DNA from: a virus | DNA: 64,000 bases | UHGV virus genome: UHGV-0200554 | Reading direction: 5' to 3' (one strand) | Shown here: piece by piece, positions 35,307-44,355 of the stretch | Numbering within the stretch: the stretch's first letter is position 1 | How the letters are laid out: the number at the start of each line of letters is the position of its first letter | Made by a program: the position numbers and the translations under genes | Notes under the pieces: model-generated | Told to the model about the DNA's origin: nothing | What the model saw: only the letters and a program-made list of their open reading frames with translations | The model's database searches: none

Positions 35307-36290
35307 TTAGATGATCTGAATTAATGTTTCTTTCATTTCTTCGCGTGTACGGATGTTGCGACGATCACGAGCGATTGAACCACAGTCATCACAGCGATAC
35401 ACCTCGAACTTACTTACCTGGGTGTAAGCATGAACACCATCTTGCTTGGTCAGGTGTACACCACCACAGCGTGGGCAACGCAGAACAGGTTCTTCGTCCT
35501 GATAATACAGCGACATGTTCGGATGCTGTTTTGCAAACGGACGTGCAAGCAGGTATAAACCTTCCAAAGAGAGGATATCTCCTACATTATATTCACGCAT
35601 TTTAGCAAATGCATTCAAGTCCCCATGCACACAGGATACCCACATTTGGAACGTGTGGTCCATAAGTTTTTGATTTTCAAGTTGAAAATACTTACAGGCA
35701 TACTCCAACGTATTCGCATTTAAGTGGAATGCTTTCTTAATCATCTTCAAAGTATCCACTTCTTTATACGGAGATACTGGTGGCATATTGTGAAACGCGA
35801 ACCGCATGTTGCTCCAGTTATCATCAAAAGGGGCGTTATGGGCTATTGCTATATCGCAAGTATCCAAGTAATACCACAAATCTTCAATCAAATCATGGTC
35901 GTTGTGGATATCCTGTTGCCACATAGGGTAGTCAGGTAGACCACAGTCAACAACGGTTGGGCTATCGAGCCATTTACCAGCAAACGTCAGCATGTATGGG
36001 AAAATTTCAATCCCAGCAGGTTGGATGTTGGTTTTATAATGACCAAAAAACCACCCACAGGTTGGAGAGGTTTCTGTATCATATATCCAGATTTTAGCAC
36101 CACGGTTCTCTTCCATGAAACGCTCAGCAGCTTCGCCAGCAATCTCATTGAAGTTAGCCTGGGCTTTTTTCAGCTGTAGACGAACCCAACTTTCACGGGA
36201 TTCTTTACCTAATAACTCACGAGCTATCTGCCTATTGGTCCAACCCTGAGTCTTAAGCTCTACGATTTTTTCTACTGTTAAATCAGCCAT
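35307..36290 (-). CDS. DEDD-type 3'-5' exonuclease with N-terminal HTH and C-terminal zinc ribbon (327 aa)
   Basis: HTH-like WTNRQIARELL; exo motifs YDTETS, HNAPFD; CPRCGG..CDDCG. Confidence 0.5.
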   Translation of the reverse strand: MADLTVEKIVELKTQGWTNRQIARELLGKESRESWVRLQLKKAQANFNEIAGEAAERFMEENRGAKIWIYDTETSPTCGWFFGHYKTNIQPAGIEIFPYMLTFAGKWLDSPTVVDCGLPDYPMWQQDIHNDHDLIEDLWYYLDTCDIAIAHNAPFDDNWSNMRFAFHNMPPVSPYKEVDTLKMIKKAFHLNANTLEYACKYFQLENQKLMDHTFQMWVSCVHGDLNAFAKMREYNVGDILSLEGLYLLARPFAKQHPNMSLYYQDEEPVLRCPRCGGVHLTKQDGVHAYTQVSKFEVYRCDDCGSIARDRRNIRTREEMKETLIQII

Positions 36291-36300
36291 TTCATTATCC

Positions 36301-36531
36301 TTAGTAGAATCGTACGATATCCTGAACTTTGAAGTCTCGATACTCGCCTTTCTCTATGTCAAAAGCGTGCATCAGATAACAATCTTCAGGATGCCATTCT
36401 GTATGTCCGAACCAGATCTGTGGCTCTGTGACTATCCGATCAGAGTATTTACCTTTGTAGTTACGATAAAGAAATCTTAGTACAACTGCTTCACATGGTT
36501 TAAACACGGGTTTCTCTCTGATCTCCGACAT
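36301..36531 (-). CDS. hypothetical protein (76 aa)
   Basis: ORF in leftward block. Confidence 0.45.
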   Translation of the reverse strand: MSEIREKPVFKPCEAVVLRFLYRNYKGKYSDRIVTEPQIWFGHTEWHPEDCYLMHAFDIEKGEYRDFKVQDIVRFY

Positions 36532-37081
36532 AAAAGTCTCTCTCCTCTGTGTACTTAATAAATTCCTGCATGTAAGCCTCTATGGCTTCATGTTTGGTTA
36601 AGCCTTCAGGTATGTCCAGATTAAGGTCTTTCTTCGCTCTGGCGATGATTGTGGCCTTAGAACAGCGCCTTAGGAACTTAGTCATGTCATCTCTGTAATT
36701 TTTGTGGAACGGGAGATCACTATAGTCATTTTCAAGATAGTCAGCCATCCGGCGCAACGCCTCTGATAGACTGCAATCTGTGTACTCTGCAACGTATTTC
36801 ATCCAGTATTTCGTGATATACCCCTCCCAGGTATTCACACACTGTGATAAAACACCTCTACAGTGTCCGTCTGCATGGTCATGGTCGAGTACTGGTTTGC
36901 GAAGTGGCTCGCCAAGTACAGGATCCAGACCACCCTGTTCCTCAGACATTTCTTCACGTAAAGCTGCAATTTCTTTTGAATCCTTTAACCACTTGCGCGT
37001 TACAGGTGCTTTCACAGCCTTGCGTCTCGCTTTTACCTTGCGCTTCCTGATATCCCCTCCCACCAACAATAACCTATCCAC
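36500..37081 (-). CDS. Endonuclease VII-like nuclease (193 aa)
   Basis: LDHDHADGHCRGVLSQCVN matches the T4 endonuclease VII catalytic motif. Confidence 0.6.
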   Translation of the reverse strand: MDRLLLVGGDIRKRKVKARRKAVKAPVTRKWLKDSKEIAALREEMSEEQGGLDPVLGEPLRKPVLDHDHADGHCRGVLSQCVNTWEGYITKYWMKYVAEYTDCSLSEALRRMADYLENDYSDLPFHKNYRDDMTKFLRRCSKATIIARAKKDLNLDIPEGLTKHEAIEAYMQEFIKYTEERDFYVGDQRETRV

Positions 37082-37650
37082 AAAGCATCTGCTACGTCAG
37101 CCTTACCCATAGTCAAGTTCATACCGTCAAGAAACCCAGGCCACTTCCTTTCAGCAGCAGCGATCATAAGTTTCTTGTCCATTTTCACTTGCTTCGTAAT
37201 AGTATGCTCCTTGCCGGAACGTTTGTCAACCTTTATTTCTTCATAAAAGGCAAGTTCTGGTGGTAAAAAGCTATGAGCCTGCTTTTTAGCAGCCGTTACG
37301 TTCACTGTGTGGATTTTCGATATGTCTCCGAGCGTCTTCAACATGGTAAGCTCAATAGCATAGAACAGACCTGCCAAATCCTTGCCAGCGTTACCACGGG
37401 CAAGGTTGAAAGGCAAGTCTTCCATCACAAAGTGGTCTATCTTCCACTCTTCAGCGAGTGAGGCTATTTGTTCGCATAACCACTGTATACGTTCAACGGT
37501 AAAATGGGCTTGATAAGCCCCCTTTTTCACCTCTTTGGCACAACTGTCTGCTGTCTTAAAGACGGCTTTGTGTACCGGAACACCGTCCTGCCATATGCAA
37601 CAGGCCGAATGTGTTAATGATTGGTCAACAGAAAGTAAAATCACTGTCAA
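37033..37650 (-). CDS. RuvC-like Holliday junction resolvase (205 aa)
   Basis: ILLSVDQS, FVMEDLPF and C-terminal ADALWIG segments resemble RuvC acidic blocks. Confidence 0.5.
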   Translation of the reverse strand: MTVILLSVDQSLTHSACCIWQDGVPVHKAVFKTADSCAKEVKKGAYQAHFTVERIQWLCEQIASLAEEWKIDHFVMEDLPFNLARGNAGKDLAGLFYAIELTMLKTLGDISKIHTVNVTAAKKQAHSFLPPELAFYEEIKVDKRSGKEHTITKQVKMDKKLMIAAAERKWPGFLDGMNLTMGKADVADALWIGYCWWEGISGSAR

Positions 37651-37654
37651 CTCC

Positions 37655-38092
37655 TTATACCACAGGATCGAAATCCCTCAGCAAATTGATAATTATTTTC
37701 ATCTGATCTTCGTAGAATCGAGGGTGTACGGCCCCGTCATCATACAAATTCTTTCCCAGACCAATCTCAGATTCTTCTGTGAGACAGAAGCCTTGTTGTG
37801 TAAGCACCATAGCACCTTTATTCACCAGGTGCTGAAAGGCCAGCACAATGTTGTTGGCAATCTTTGAACGACTCCAACCCATCCGGTGGAGGATCGTCTC
37901 CAGAGGAATAAGTTGTGGATCTGGTTCTTTATATAGCTCCTCCTCCCGAAGCAGGATTTGAGGAAGATTGTAAGCCTGCTGCACTCTACACAGCAGGTCT
38001 ACCCTCTGCTCTTCATCAAGTTCGAGGATATCAGAAGCCCCCTTCACAAATAGCAAAGCATCCTCAAGGCTCGCCATATCTTGTGGGTTCAT
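37655..38092 (-). CDS. hypothetical protein (145 aa)
   Basis: ORF in leftward block. Confidence 0.5.
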   Translation of the reverse strand: MNPQDMASLEDALLFVKGASDILELDEEQRVDLLCRVQQAYNLPQILLREEELYKEPDPQLIPLETILHRMGWSRSKIANNIVLAFQHLVNKGAMVLTQQGFCLTEESEIGLGKNLYDDGAVHPRFYEDQMKIIINLLRDFDPVV

Positions 38093-38143
38093 ATCCCGCT
38101 CCTGTTTATTAGCCAGAGTGATGTATACGTGACTGACCGTCTT

Positions 38144-38365
38144 CTACTGGTCAACCAGCTTAACCATGCAGTGGCCTTCTTTCCACTTAGAAATCGACTT
38201 CTCACCGTTAGAATAGTAGACTTCCAGTTTAGCACGGTTATTTTTGATCTGTATGACTTTTGCTGTCTCCAGAGCACCATAACCGTAATACACTGCAACA
38301 GTATCACCTACGTACACTGCACTGCCACGGTAGTCATGGATGTAATCAGTACCTTCTGAAACCAT
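38144..38365 (-). CDS. hypothetical protein (73 aa)
   Basis: Track ORF trimmed to ATG after aaggtgg RBS. Confidence 0.45.
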   Translation of the reverse strand: MVSEGTDYIHDYRGSAVYVGDTVAVYYGYGALETAKVIQIKNNRAKLEVYYSNGEKSISKWKEGHCMVKLVDQ

Positions 38366-38375
38366 ACTATCCACC

Positions 38376-38579
38376 TTATTCGAAGAAGTGAGTTCGAGGA
38401 CAAGATCCTGCCTCACCTTGTTTCACCAGCTCGTACACTTCGCCTTGGCTCGTTTCATAGATACAAACTTTCTGCCCGTTGCCACGATAAGTGTCCACAA
38501 GGTAAGCTGTGTCACCTGCCAATGCAAAACCTGAAGCAAACACCACAGCAGAAATAAAGACAGCCCACAGTGTTTTCAT
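38376..38579 (-). CDS. small secreted protein with signal peptide (67 aa)
   Basis: N-terminal MKTLWAVFISAVVFASGFALA. Confidence 0.5.
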   Translation of the reverse strand: MKTLWAVFISAVVFASGFALAGDTAYLVDTYRGNGQKVCIYETSQGEVYELVKQGEAGSCPRTHFFE

Positions 38580-38641
38580 AGTGCCCTCCTCCTTATCAAC
38601 AAGTGAAGTATACCAGAAACAAAGCAGGCTGTCAAATAAAC

Positions 38642-39121
38642 TTAATCTGTAACCACACCTCCAGCATTACGGAAAACCCTCAGCATTTTTTCAATATCCT
38701 CAACCCGCTGATCATAAAGTTTACCAGAACCTGGAGGTGGTGGGAAACTCGCCCAGCGGCTACGGCATTTATAGATAGCTGAACGGATCCTCCCTTCATA
38801 AATGTCATCAAGGGCTTTACATTCACGGATCAGTTGTTTTGCTATAGCATCCTGACTTGCTGGGCCGAAATCTCTTAAGCCGAGCTGTTTCATATAATGT
38901 TTGGCATATTTCTCCAAGATCTGATATCTGCCGAATGCTGATGACGTTAAGCCCGGACGTAGTTTGACATAAATACCTGGGTGTTTACTAAGATCTTCTA
39001 TATACCTCCCGCCACACAAGATGTGATACGAAGCAGCTTCGCTACCGTAACGGTCAGTTCCTTCACTGAACGAAATCAACGAAAAAAATGCTCTCAATTG
39101 CTTATCCTTATTTAATTTCAT
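38642..39121 (-). CDS. Endolysin, lambda R-like lytic transglycosylase (159 aa)
   Basis: SEGTD and GRYQ blocks as in lambda R; same length class. Confidence 0.8.
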   Translation of the reverse strand: MKLNKDKQLRAFFSLISFSEGTDRYGSEAASYHILCGGRYIEDLSKHPGIYVKLRPGLTSSAFGRYQILEKYAKHYMKQLGLRDFGPASQDAIAKQLIRECKALDDIYEGRIRSAIYKCRSRWASFPPPPGSGKLYDQRVEDIEKMLRVFRNAGGVVTD

Positions 39122-39843
39122 TTGAACCTCCGATTAAACCACTCTTCCAACAAACCGTTATGCTTTGCATACTCTGCGGATTTTCTGACACATACAGCAT
39201 CCCACCACTCTGCATATTGCCCTAGGTGATACCTTTTACTATTTTCAGAAATCTGAACTTGCCACTTTTCAGCATCATGTCTCCATTTAACACCTGTGCA
39301 CCCCGACGTGTTATTAAGTTTAAGTGTTCTGCCTTTGTAAGTACCTAAAATTAGCTGTTTTCTTGCCTCTACAGCCTCGTCTTTGGTTCTAAAGTACCCA
39401 GCAAAAAGCGCCCCGCCTGTGATAGTGTTATATTCTGCATACCATAAACCGTTCTCACGTTTCTTATGAACGCCTGCGTGACCGTGTAAATTATTTTTCT
39501 GTAGTAAATTATTTCTTATACGATCCTTGTTATTCTCACTATATGTTCCCATAGCAAGATTTTCTATATTATCCTGACCTTTTATGTCATTTAAATGCCT
39601 GACAAGAAAGTTTTTTGTTAGGGAGTTATAAAACATATCATAAACTATTCTATGACGTTTCCTCTCACGAACCTCCGAGGATTTAATACCGATGTACCCT
39701 TGCCTATCTTTACAACCCGCTTTTGTGCCAGCCTTTATAAAGAGTTGACTTTTGCCTCTACCTCTGTAATGATTCTTTGTCCAAATTAGCTCCCCATCTT
39801 TGTACCAGAATGGGAAATTATCATTAAAGAAGAAATTAATCAT
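39118..39843 (-). CDS. HNH homing endonuclease with AP2 domains (241 aa)
   Basis: HNH-like LVRHLNDIKGQDNIENL; two AP2-like segments. Confidence 0.7.
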   Translation of the reverse strand: MINFFFNDNFPFWYKDGELIWTKNHYRGRGKSQLFIKAGTKAGCKDRQGYIGIKSSEVRERKRHRIVYDMFYNSLTKNFLVRHLNDIKGQDNIENLAMGTYSENNKDRIRNNLLQKNNLHGHAGVHKKRENGLWYAEYNTITGGALFAGYFRTKDEAVEARKQLILGTYKGRTLKLNNTSGCTGVKWRHDAEKWQVQISENSKRYHLGQYAEWWDAVCVRKSAEYAKHNGLLEEWFNRRFK

Positions 39844-39852
39844 TTGTTCTCC

Positions 39853-40407
39853 TTAACAATGTTTATTCCATACCGGAAGTGCGCCTGTCATATTGTAGGC
39901 CTCCTCCAGCGTTAACAATCTGCCCCACAGATCCCAACCGCAATCCATCTGCCTGCCGTAGCACTCTGTCCCAGTACCGTGATCATGCCCATACAGCTGC
40001 CTTGCACCGTAGCGTTTCTTGTTCCACGTAGCAAACTGGTAGTGGCTCATGCAGATTAGATCTTCAAAGTCTCGACATTCGTAGTAGTCAACCACTTCAT
40101 GACCAAACTCTTTCATGATTCGCACTGTGGTTTCAGTATCGTGATTCCCTCGGACAAGAATAATATGACCGTTCATAATATCCAAAAAGTATTGCAGATC
40201 ATGTGCAATATCTTTGTCCTTAGCACAACAAATGTCTCCCAGAAGGAACACAGTATCATCTGGAGACACTTGATCATTCCACGCAGTGATAATCCCCCTG
40301 TGCATGGAGTCCAGATTACCTTTGTACAAACCTCTGTGTTTTTGAGATGAATCAAATTTCAGGATGTTTTTATGCAATAAGTGCAGGTCTGCTGTTACGA
40401 ATTTCAT
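39853..40407 (-). CDS. Ser/Thr protein phosphatase, calcineurin-like metallophosphoesterase (about 184 aa)
   Basis: DxH (ADLHL), GD (LGDICC), GNHD (VRGNHD), GHDHG motifs; start trimmed to MKFVTADLH. Confidence 0.7.
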   Translation of the reverse strand: MKFVTADLHLLHKNILKFDSSQKHRGLYKGNLDSMHRGIITAWNDQVSPDDTVFLLGDICCAKDKDIAHDLQYFLDIMNGHIILVRGNHDTETTVRIMKEFGHEVVDYYECRDFEDLICMSHYQFATWNKKRYGARQLYGHDHGTGTECYGRQMDCGWDLWGRLLTLEEAYNMTGALPVWNKHC

Positions 40408-40736
40408 TCTTCGGGAACCTCCTCCCCATCCCACGCTTTATTTTTGAAAAGTACCAGAGAGTATGCCGGACCAGTCGCATCTTCCTGCACACTGGTGAAC
40501 ACACATAGTTTTTCACCCTCAATTATCTCACAATCTCTGTTCAGAGTCAATGCGAAAACACGATCACTTGCAAAATCATCTGTGCAAAGAATGAAAGCAT
40601 AATCATTTTCATCGTACAAGCGCCACATCCCTGTGGCTACGATGAACGTCGGCTTAAGCTGTGTTACACCAACTTTATGCTCGTCTTTGAACACTGCTGC
40701 CATGATTGCTAAATCACCGCCATCGATTTTATTCAT
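40404..40736 (-). CDS. hypothetical protein (110 aa)
   Basis: ORF; start-stop coupling on both sides. Confidence 0.5.
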   Translation of the reverse strand: MNKIDGGDLAIMAAVFKDEHKVGVTQLKPTFIVATGMWRLYDENDYAFILCTDDFASDRVFALTLNRDCEIIEGEKLCVFTSVQEDATGPAYSLVLFKNKAWDGEEVPEE

Positions 40737-41872
40737 TTTATAATCCCCACCCTACGTAAAGTAGAAGATAAAGAAGTTTTGTCATTGAAAACACGCTTCA
40801 TGTAAACAGCATCGAAAATAACGCCCATCCACTGACCAACCGAAATGTCCCGATCAATGCCGTTGAAGTCGGTGTATTTCACCCGCCCATCTGGGAACCA
40901 CTCTTTGTACTGCTGGATCGTTGCTTCCCACAGCTCCAGCTCACTCTCGCATACAGACAACAACTGGAATGCAGAAGCATCACCGAAGCGGCCTTTAGCA
41001 ATCAACCCCTGATAAGGTTTGATGTTATCAGCAGTATCCCCACACAACATTTGGTAGTGGAAGAACATCTGGCCCCAGCCACCAACATCTCCATTCGGCT
41101 TCATGAAAATGTGGCCTATAGAGTCATCGATCAGCATCGGTGTTTCACGAACAAAATCGCCTTTGTCGTTACGCATCGGATCGAACAGCAGACCAGGGGT
41201 CTGGCGTTGATCTTTATCAATACTGATCACCAGTTTGTCGAATTTACCTGTCTGTTGGTAATGTAGCCAACCGGAGTATTGCTGGATTGCCAACCAATCA
41301 TCAGCTTCCATACCATCGATCACCTGTGCGTTGAAGTGTTCCCGCAGGTATCTACGTGCATCCGGTAACATCAGGGGTCGCAACATGTCAGCCCTGTTGG
41401 CCTTGTACTGTTCAGGCATAGGGAGATCCAGACGGAAGTTACCTTCCCCACCGAGCACGCCAATGCATCTTTCAACCGGGATACCCAAGTGGTTGAGCAC
41501 AGCGTTAGCCTTGCATTTCAGTGTGTGGAGGCAATTCTCAACAGGCTCCGGTGTCTGTATATCCAGCACATCAAAATCGTCACGGGTCCAGGGTGTAAAC
41601 TCTTTACCAGCTTTTTTGCAACGTGCTTCACGGTTAGCATTCTCGGCTTTCAGCCAACCACCTACAGCTTTTTTCTGTCTTCCCCAAAACTCTGTTCTAG
41701 TTTTGAACTCTTTCTTGCGGCCTGACGCTTTGTGAGTGACCTCAATGGTTCGTTTCTCACAGCTTGCAGCAGCTTGATAAGCTACCTGATCAAAGTCGTA
41801 GTAGACCTTAGCATCAGGTTCAAGAAGATCTTTTAACTCCTCAATGGAGGTAAGTAATGGGTAGTCTCTCAA
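40733..41872 (-). CDS. FEN / RNase H-like 5'-3' exonuclease (379 aa)
   Basis: GMEADDWLA and ISIDKD motifs typical of phage flap endonucleases. Confidence 0.6.
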   Translation of the reverse strand: MRDYPLLTSIEELKDLLEPDAKVYYDFDQVAYQAAASCEKRTIEVTHKASGRKKEFKTRTEFWGRQKKAVGGWLKAENANREARCKKAGKEFTPWTRDDFDVLDIQTPEPVENCLHTLKCKANAVLNHLGIPVERCIGVLGGEGNFRLDLPMPEQYKANRADMLRPLMLPDARRYLREHFNAQVIDGMEADDWLAIQQYSGWLHYQQTGKFDKLVISIDKDQRQTPGLLFDPMRNDKGDFVRETPMLIDDSIGHIFMKPNGDVGGWGQMFFHYQMLCGDTADNIKPYQGLIAKGRFGDASAFQLLSVCESELELWEATIQQYKEWFPDGRVKYTDFNGIDRDISVGQWMGVIFDAVYMKRVFNDKTSLSSTLRRVGIIK

Positions 41873-41884
41873 AGTATCCTCCTG

Positions 41885-42448
41885 TTATTTGCCGCTATAA
41901 ATTTTATTGAACAGCACATCATCCCCGTTACCGAGCATTTCACCGTAAGCATCACCAAACCTTCCAGCAATAGCTTCAAGCGGGTACAGTATTGTTTTAT
42001 CCAGTTCAACCAAAGCCATACCGTAGCGCTCTGCGTAATGTTTTAGTGCACGGTGCAATGAGTCATCATCGTATTGAGATTTCTTAACATCACAAACTTT
42101 TCTGATGGCCTGCATATCAAAGAAACCTTTCTGATACCATTGTAGCATCAGTTGTCTGCGCTCATCAACAATAGTTTCTACCTCATGCAACACCTCATCA
42201 AGAGCATAGCCCTCTTTATGTGTGGAGGATTTACCACATTTAATGTAGTTACCATCTTTGCGTGGGGAAATTGTTTCGTGTTTCTTCTCCTCCTCCTGTG
42301 CAGGGGGTTTCAACCACAGGTCGGGGTGTTTACGGTCCTTAATATCAGAGTGATTTCTCTGATAACCATGTGTCCATGTGAACGTTTTACCAGGAATTTC
42401 GTATTTTTTGGCAAGTTCTTCACGATCTTTATCGTCTGTCACTTTCAT
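41885..42448 (-). CDS. hypothetical protein (187 aa)
   Basis: Track ORF trimmed to MKVTDDKD after ggaga RBS. Confidence 0.5.
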   Translation of the reverse strand: MKVTDDKDREELAKKYEIPGKTFTWTHGYQRNHSDIKDRKHPDLWLKPPAQEEEKKHETISPRKDGNYIKCGKSSTHKEGYALDEVLHEVETIVDERRQLMLQWYQKGFFDMQAIRKVCDVKKSQYDDDSLHRALKHYAERYGMALVELDKTILYPLEAIAGRFGDAYGEMLGNGDDVLFNKIYSGK

Positions 42449-42507
42449 AGTAGTCTCCATGTGCAATTTCAACGATCAAAGCCAGGGACTAGCCCTGGCG
42501 ATTGTTG

Positions 42508-43212
42508 TTACAGTTCGTCAACATCTACAAAGCTCGAAGGCTTCATGATCTTTCCTTTTCCATCAAGGAAGATGAAGCGTTTTTCACCTCTGTAGTATAT
42601 TTCTGAGCAAGTGAAACCAGTATAACGCCCTTCGAATCGGTTTGTCAACTCTTTTAGCTCCAAACCTACCAGTGACGGAATATCTACCTGCACAGCAGGG
42701 ACACCGTGTGCTGCACGAAGGTTCTGCAATGTGGCAAATTTACTGTCGTTTGATTCCAGAACTTTTTTCATCATACCTTCAGTATCGCCACGGAGCTGGA
42801 ACAGCAGAGCAGTTGACATACGGCAAAGTTTAGCAACGTTCATCGACTGATGATCACCAACCATCGCACGACTTAGGAGATGCATAAACGTTCCAATTTC
42901 AAACTTACTTTCTGTGTCACGCTCGAATAATTCCTTCCAGACTAGTGTCTCACGGAGCAAGTATCCGGCGTAGCTTGTCACTACGAAGAGATCACAAGCC
43001 TCTTTCATCAAATGATCAATATCACCTTTGTCAATTGCTTCCAGTACCTCATTGAACTCTTCTTCTACAAAATTTAGTTGCAGATCCAGAGGTGTAAACT
43101 TACCGCCTTTGGCTTGTGTGGCAGCAAGGTTCCATTCCCGTACATGATCAGCGGCCCATGTGAAATTATCGCTAAGTGAAAGTTCTTCCAGTTTACGGTA
43201 CAGTTTAATCAT
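42508..43212 (-). CDS. MazG-like nucleotide pyrophosphohydrolase domain protein (234 aa)
   Basis: EEEFNEVLEA..KEACDLF resembles the MazG EExxE..DLL core. Confidence 0.45.
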   Translation of the reverse strand: MIKLYRKLEELSLSDNFTWAADHVREWNLAATQAKGGKFTPLDLQLNFVEEEFNEVLEAIDKGDIDHLMKEACDLFVVTSYAGYLLRETLVWKELFERDTESKFEIGTFMHLLSRAMVGDHQSMNVAKLCRMSTALLFQLRGDTEGMMKKVLESNDSKFATLQNLRAAHGVPAVQVDIPSLVGLELKELTNRFEGRYTGFTCSEIYYRGEKRFIFLDGKGKIMKPSSFVDVDEL

Positions 43213-43706
43213 TGTTGTGAAGCCCCTTTTCGTTCAAGTTTAGCAATCAATATCCCCACCAACACAACCGCAATGCATTTTACCCCAAACTGCATAGCCA
43301 TAACACCTGGCATAATCTCAAGGAATGCAACCGGACTGAATATTAATGCATCCACAGCAGCAGTGCAGATATTTACAACCACTATGTTATCTGTGAATCT
43401 ATAAAGTATGTTGGCAGCACCGCAGCTTGCTACAACAGCTACAAAGCAACCTATCGCGGCCTGTGTGGCAACAGGAGATACAGCAGCTGTAACCATACCA
43501 GCTATTGCCACCATGCTTATAGACCAGAATGCTCCATACTGGTGGATCACGTTGTCACGCAGAAACATGTTTGCAGCAACACAACAAGAAGTCGTGATCG
43601 GGATAACCATCCATCCCCAAACACCAACTGCAATGTTACACAGTGTGAAGATCAGTATGTATAGTAATGCTTTTTGCAGCATTGGCATCCGATCTATGAT
43701 CGCCAT
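43209..43706 (-). CDS. Multi-pass inner-membrane protein, transporter-like (165 aa)
   Basis: Four or more hydrophobic helices; family not assignable by eye. Confidence 0.5.
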   Translation of the reverse strand: MAIIDRMPMLQKALLYILIFTLCNIAVGVWGWMVIPITTSCCVAANMFLRDNVIHQYGAFWSISMVAIAGMVTAAVSPVATQAAIGCFVAVVASCGAANILYRFTDNIVVVNICTAAVDALIFSPVAFLEIMPGVMAMQFGVKCIAVVLVGILIAKLERKGASQQ

Positions 43707-43710
43707 TTGA

Positions 43711-44355
43711 CTACCCCCTTATAAGATCTTCAGCTATCTCTACCCGTCGTGAGACTATCCTTTGATCATAGTCGAGATAACCATCCTTCACTTTACTCAA
43801 GATTCTTTCAGCTTTTAATTTATTTTTAACAGCTATGGCTTCCTCCAATGTGTTACAGCTTTTGCTTTTACCACGACCATCACGAACTTCATATTTTTTA
43901 CAAGGAGTTATACGTATACCTGGTGGATAGTCTGAAGCCTTTTTACCTCTCCTGGTCAACAACATATTATTTACATCCAAAGGAACAAAACAGCAGGTGT
44001 CTCTACTATACTCCTTTCTACCACTCTTATTAAGAATGTCTTTATCTAAAGCATAGTTTCTACCATACTTATCCTTCATGTGATACCCCGGGGCTGTTTG
44101 GCAAAAATCACAAAAATCTTGAAAATCCTTAAAACAATTTTTTACTCCAGCATAAGTGGGCTTATTTTTCTGGTAAGCCGACCCCAACCTTGTTCTCTGT
44201 TTAATATTAAACCATATCATACCTGCTTTTGTTACAACTTTGTAAGATTTATCACCTACAACAACTTCAACACAGTGGCACCATGTACCGTCTCTAAATT
44301 TAAAGTCAAAATCTAACAAATACCACTCTACAGGTTTTCTATTTCTCTTTTTCAT
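43711..44355 (-). CDS. Putative homing endonuclease-like protein (214 aa)
   Basis: Basic, Cys-rich; flanked by 4-nt overlaps between ligase and membrane-protein genes; weak motif support. Confidence 0.3.
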   Translation of the reverse strand: MKKRNRKPVEWYLLDFDFKFRDGTWCHCVEVVVGDKSYKVVTKAGMIWFNIKQRTRLGSAYQKNKPTYAGVKNCFKDFQDFCDFCQTAPGYHMKDKYGRNYALDKDILNKSGRKEYSRDTCCFVPLDVNNMLLTRRGKKASDYPPGIRITPCKKYEVRDGRGKSKSCNTLEEAIAVKNKLKAERILSKVKDGYLDYDQRIVSRRVEIAEDLIRG

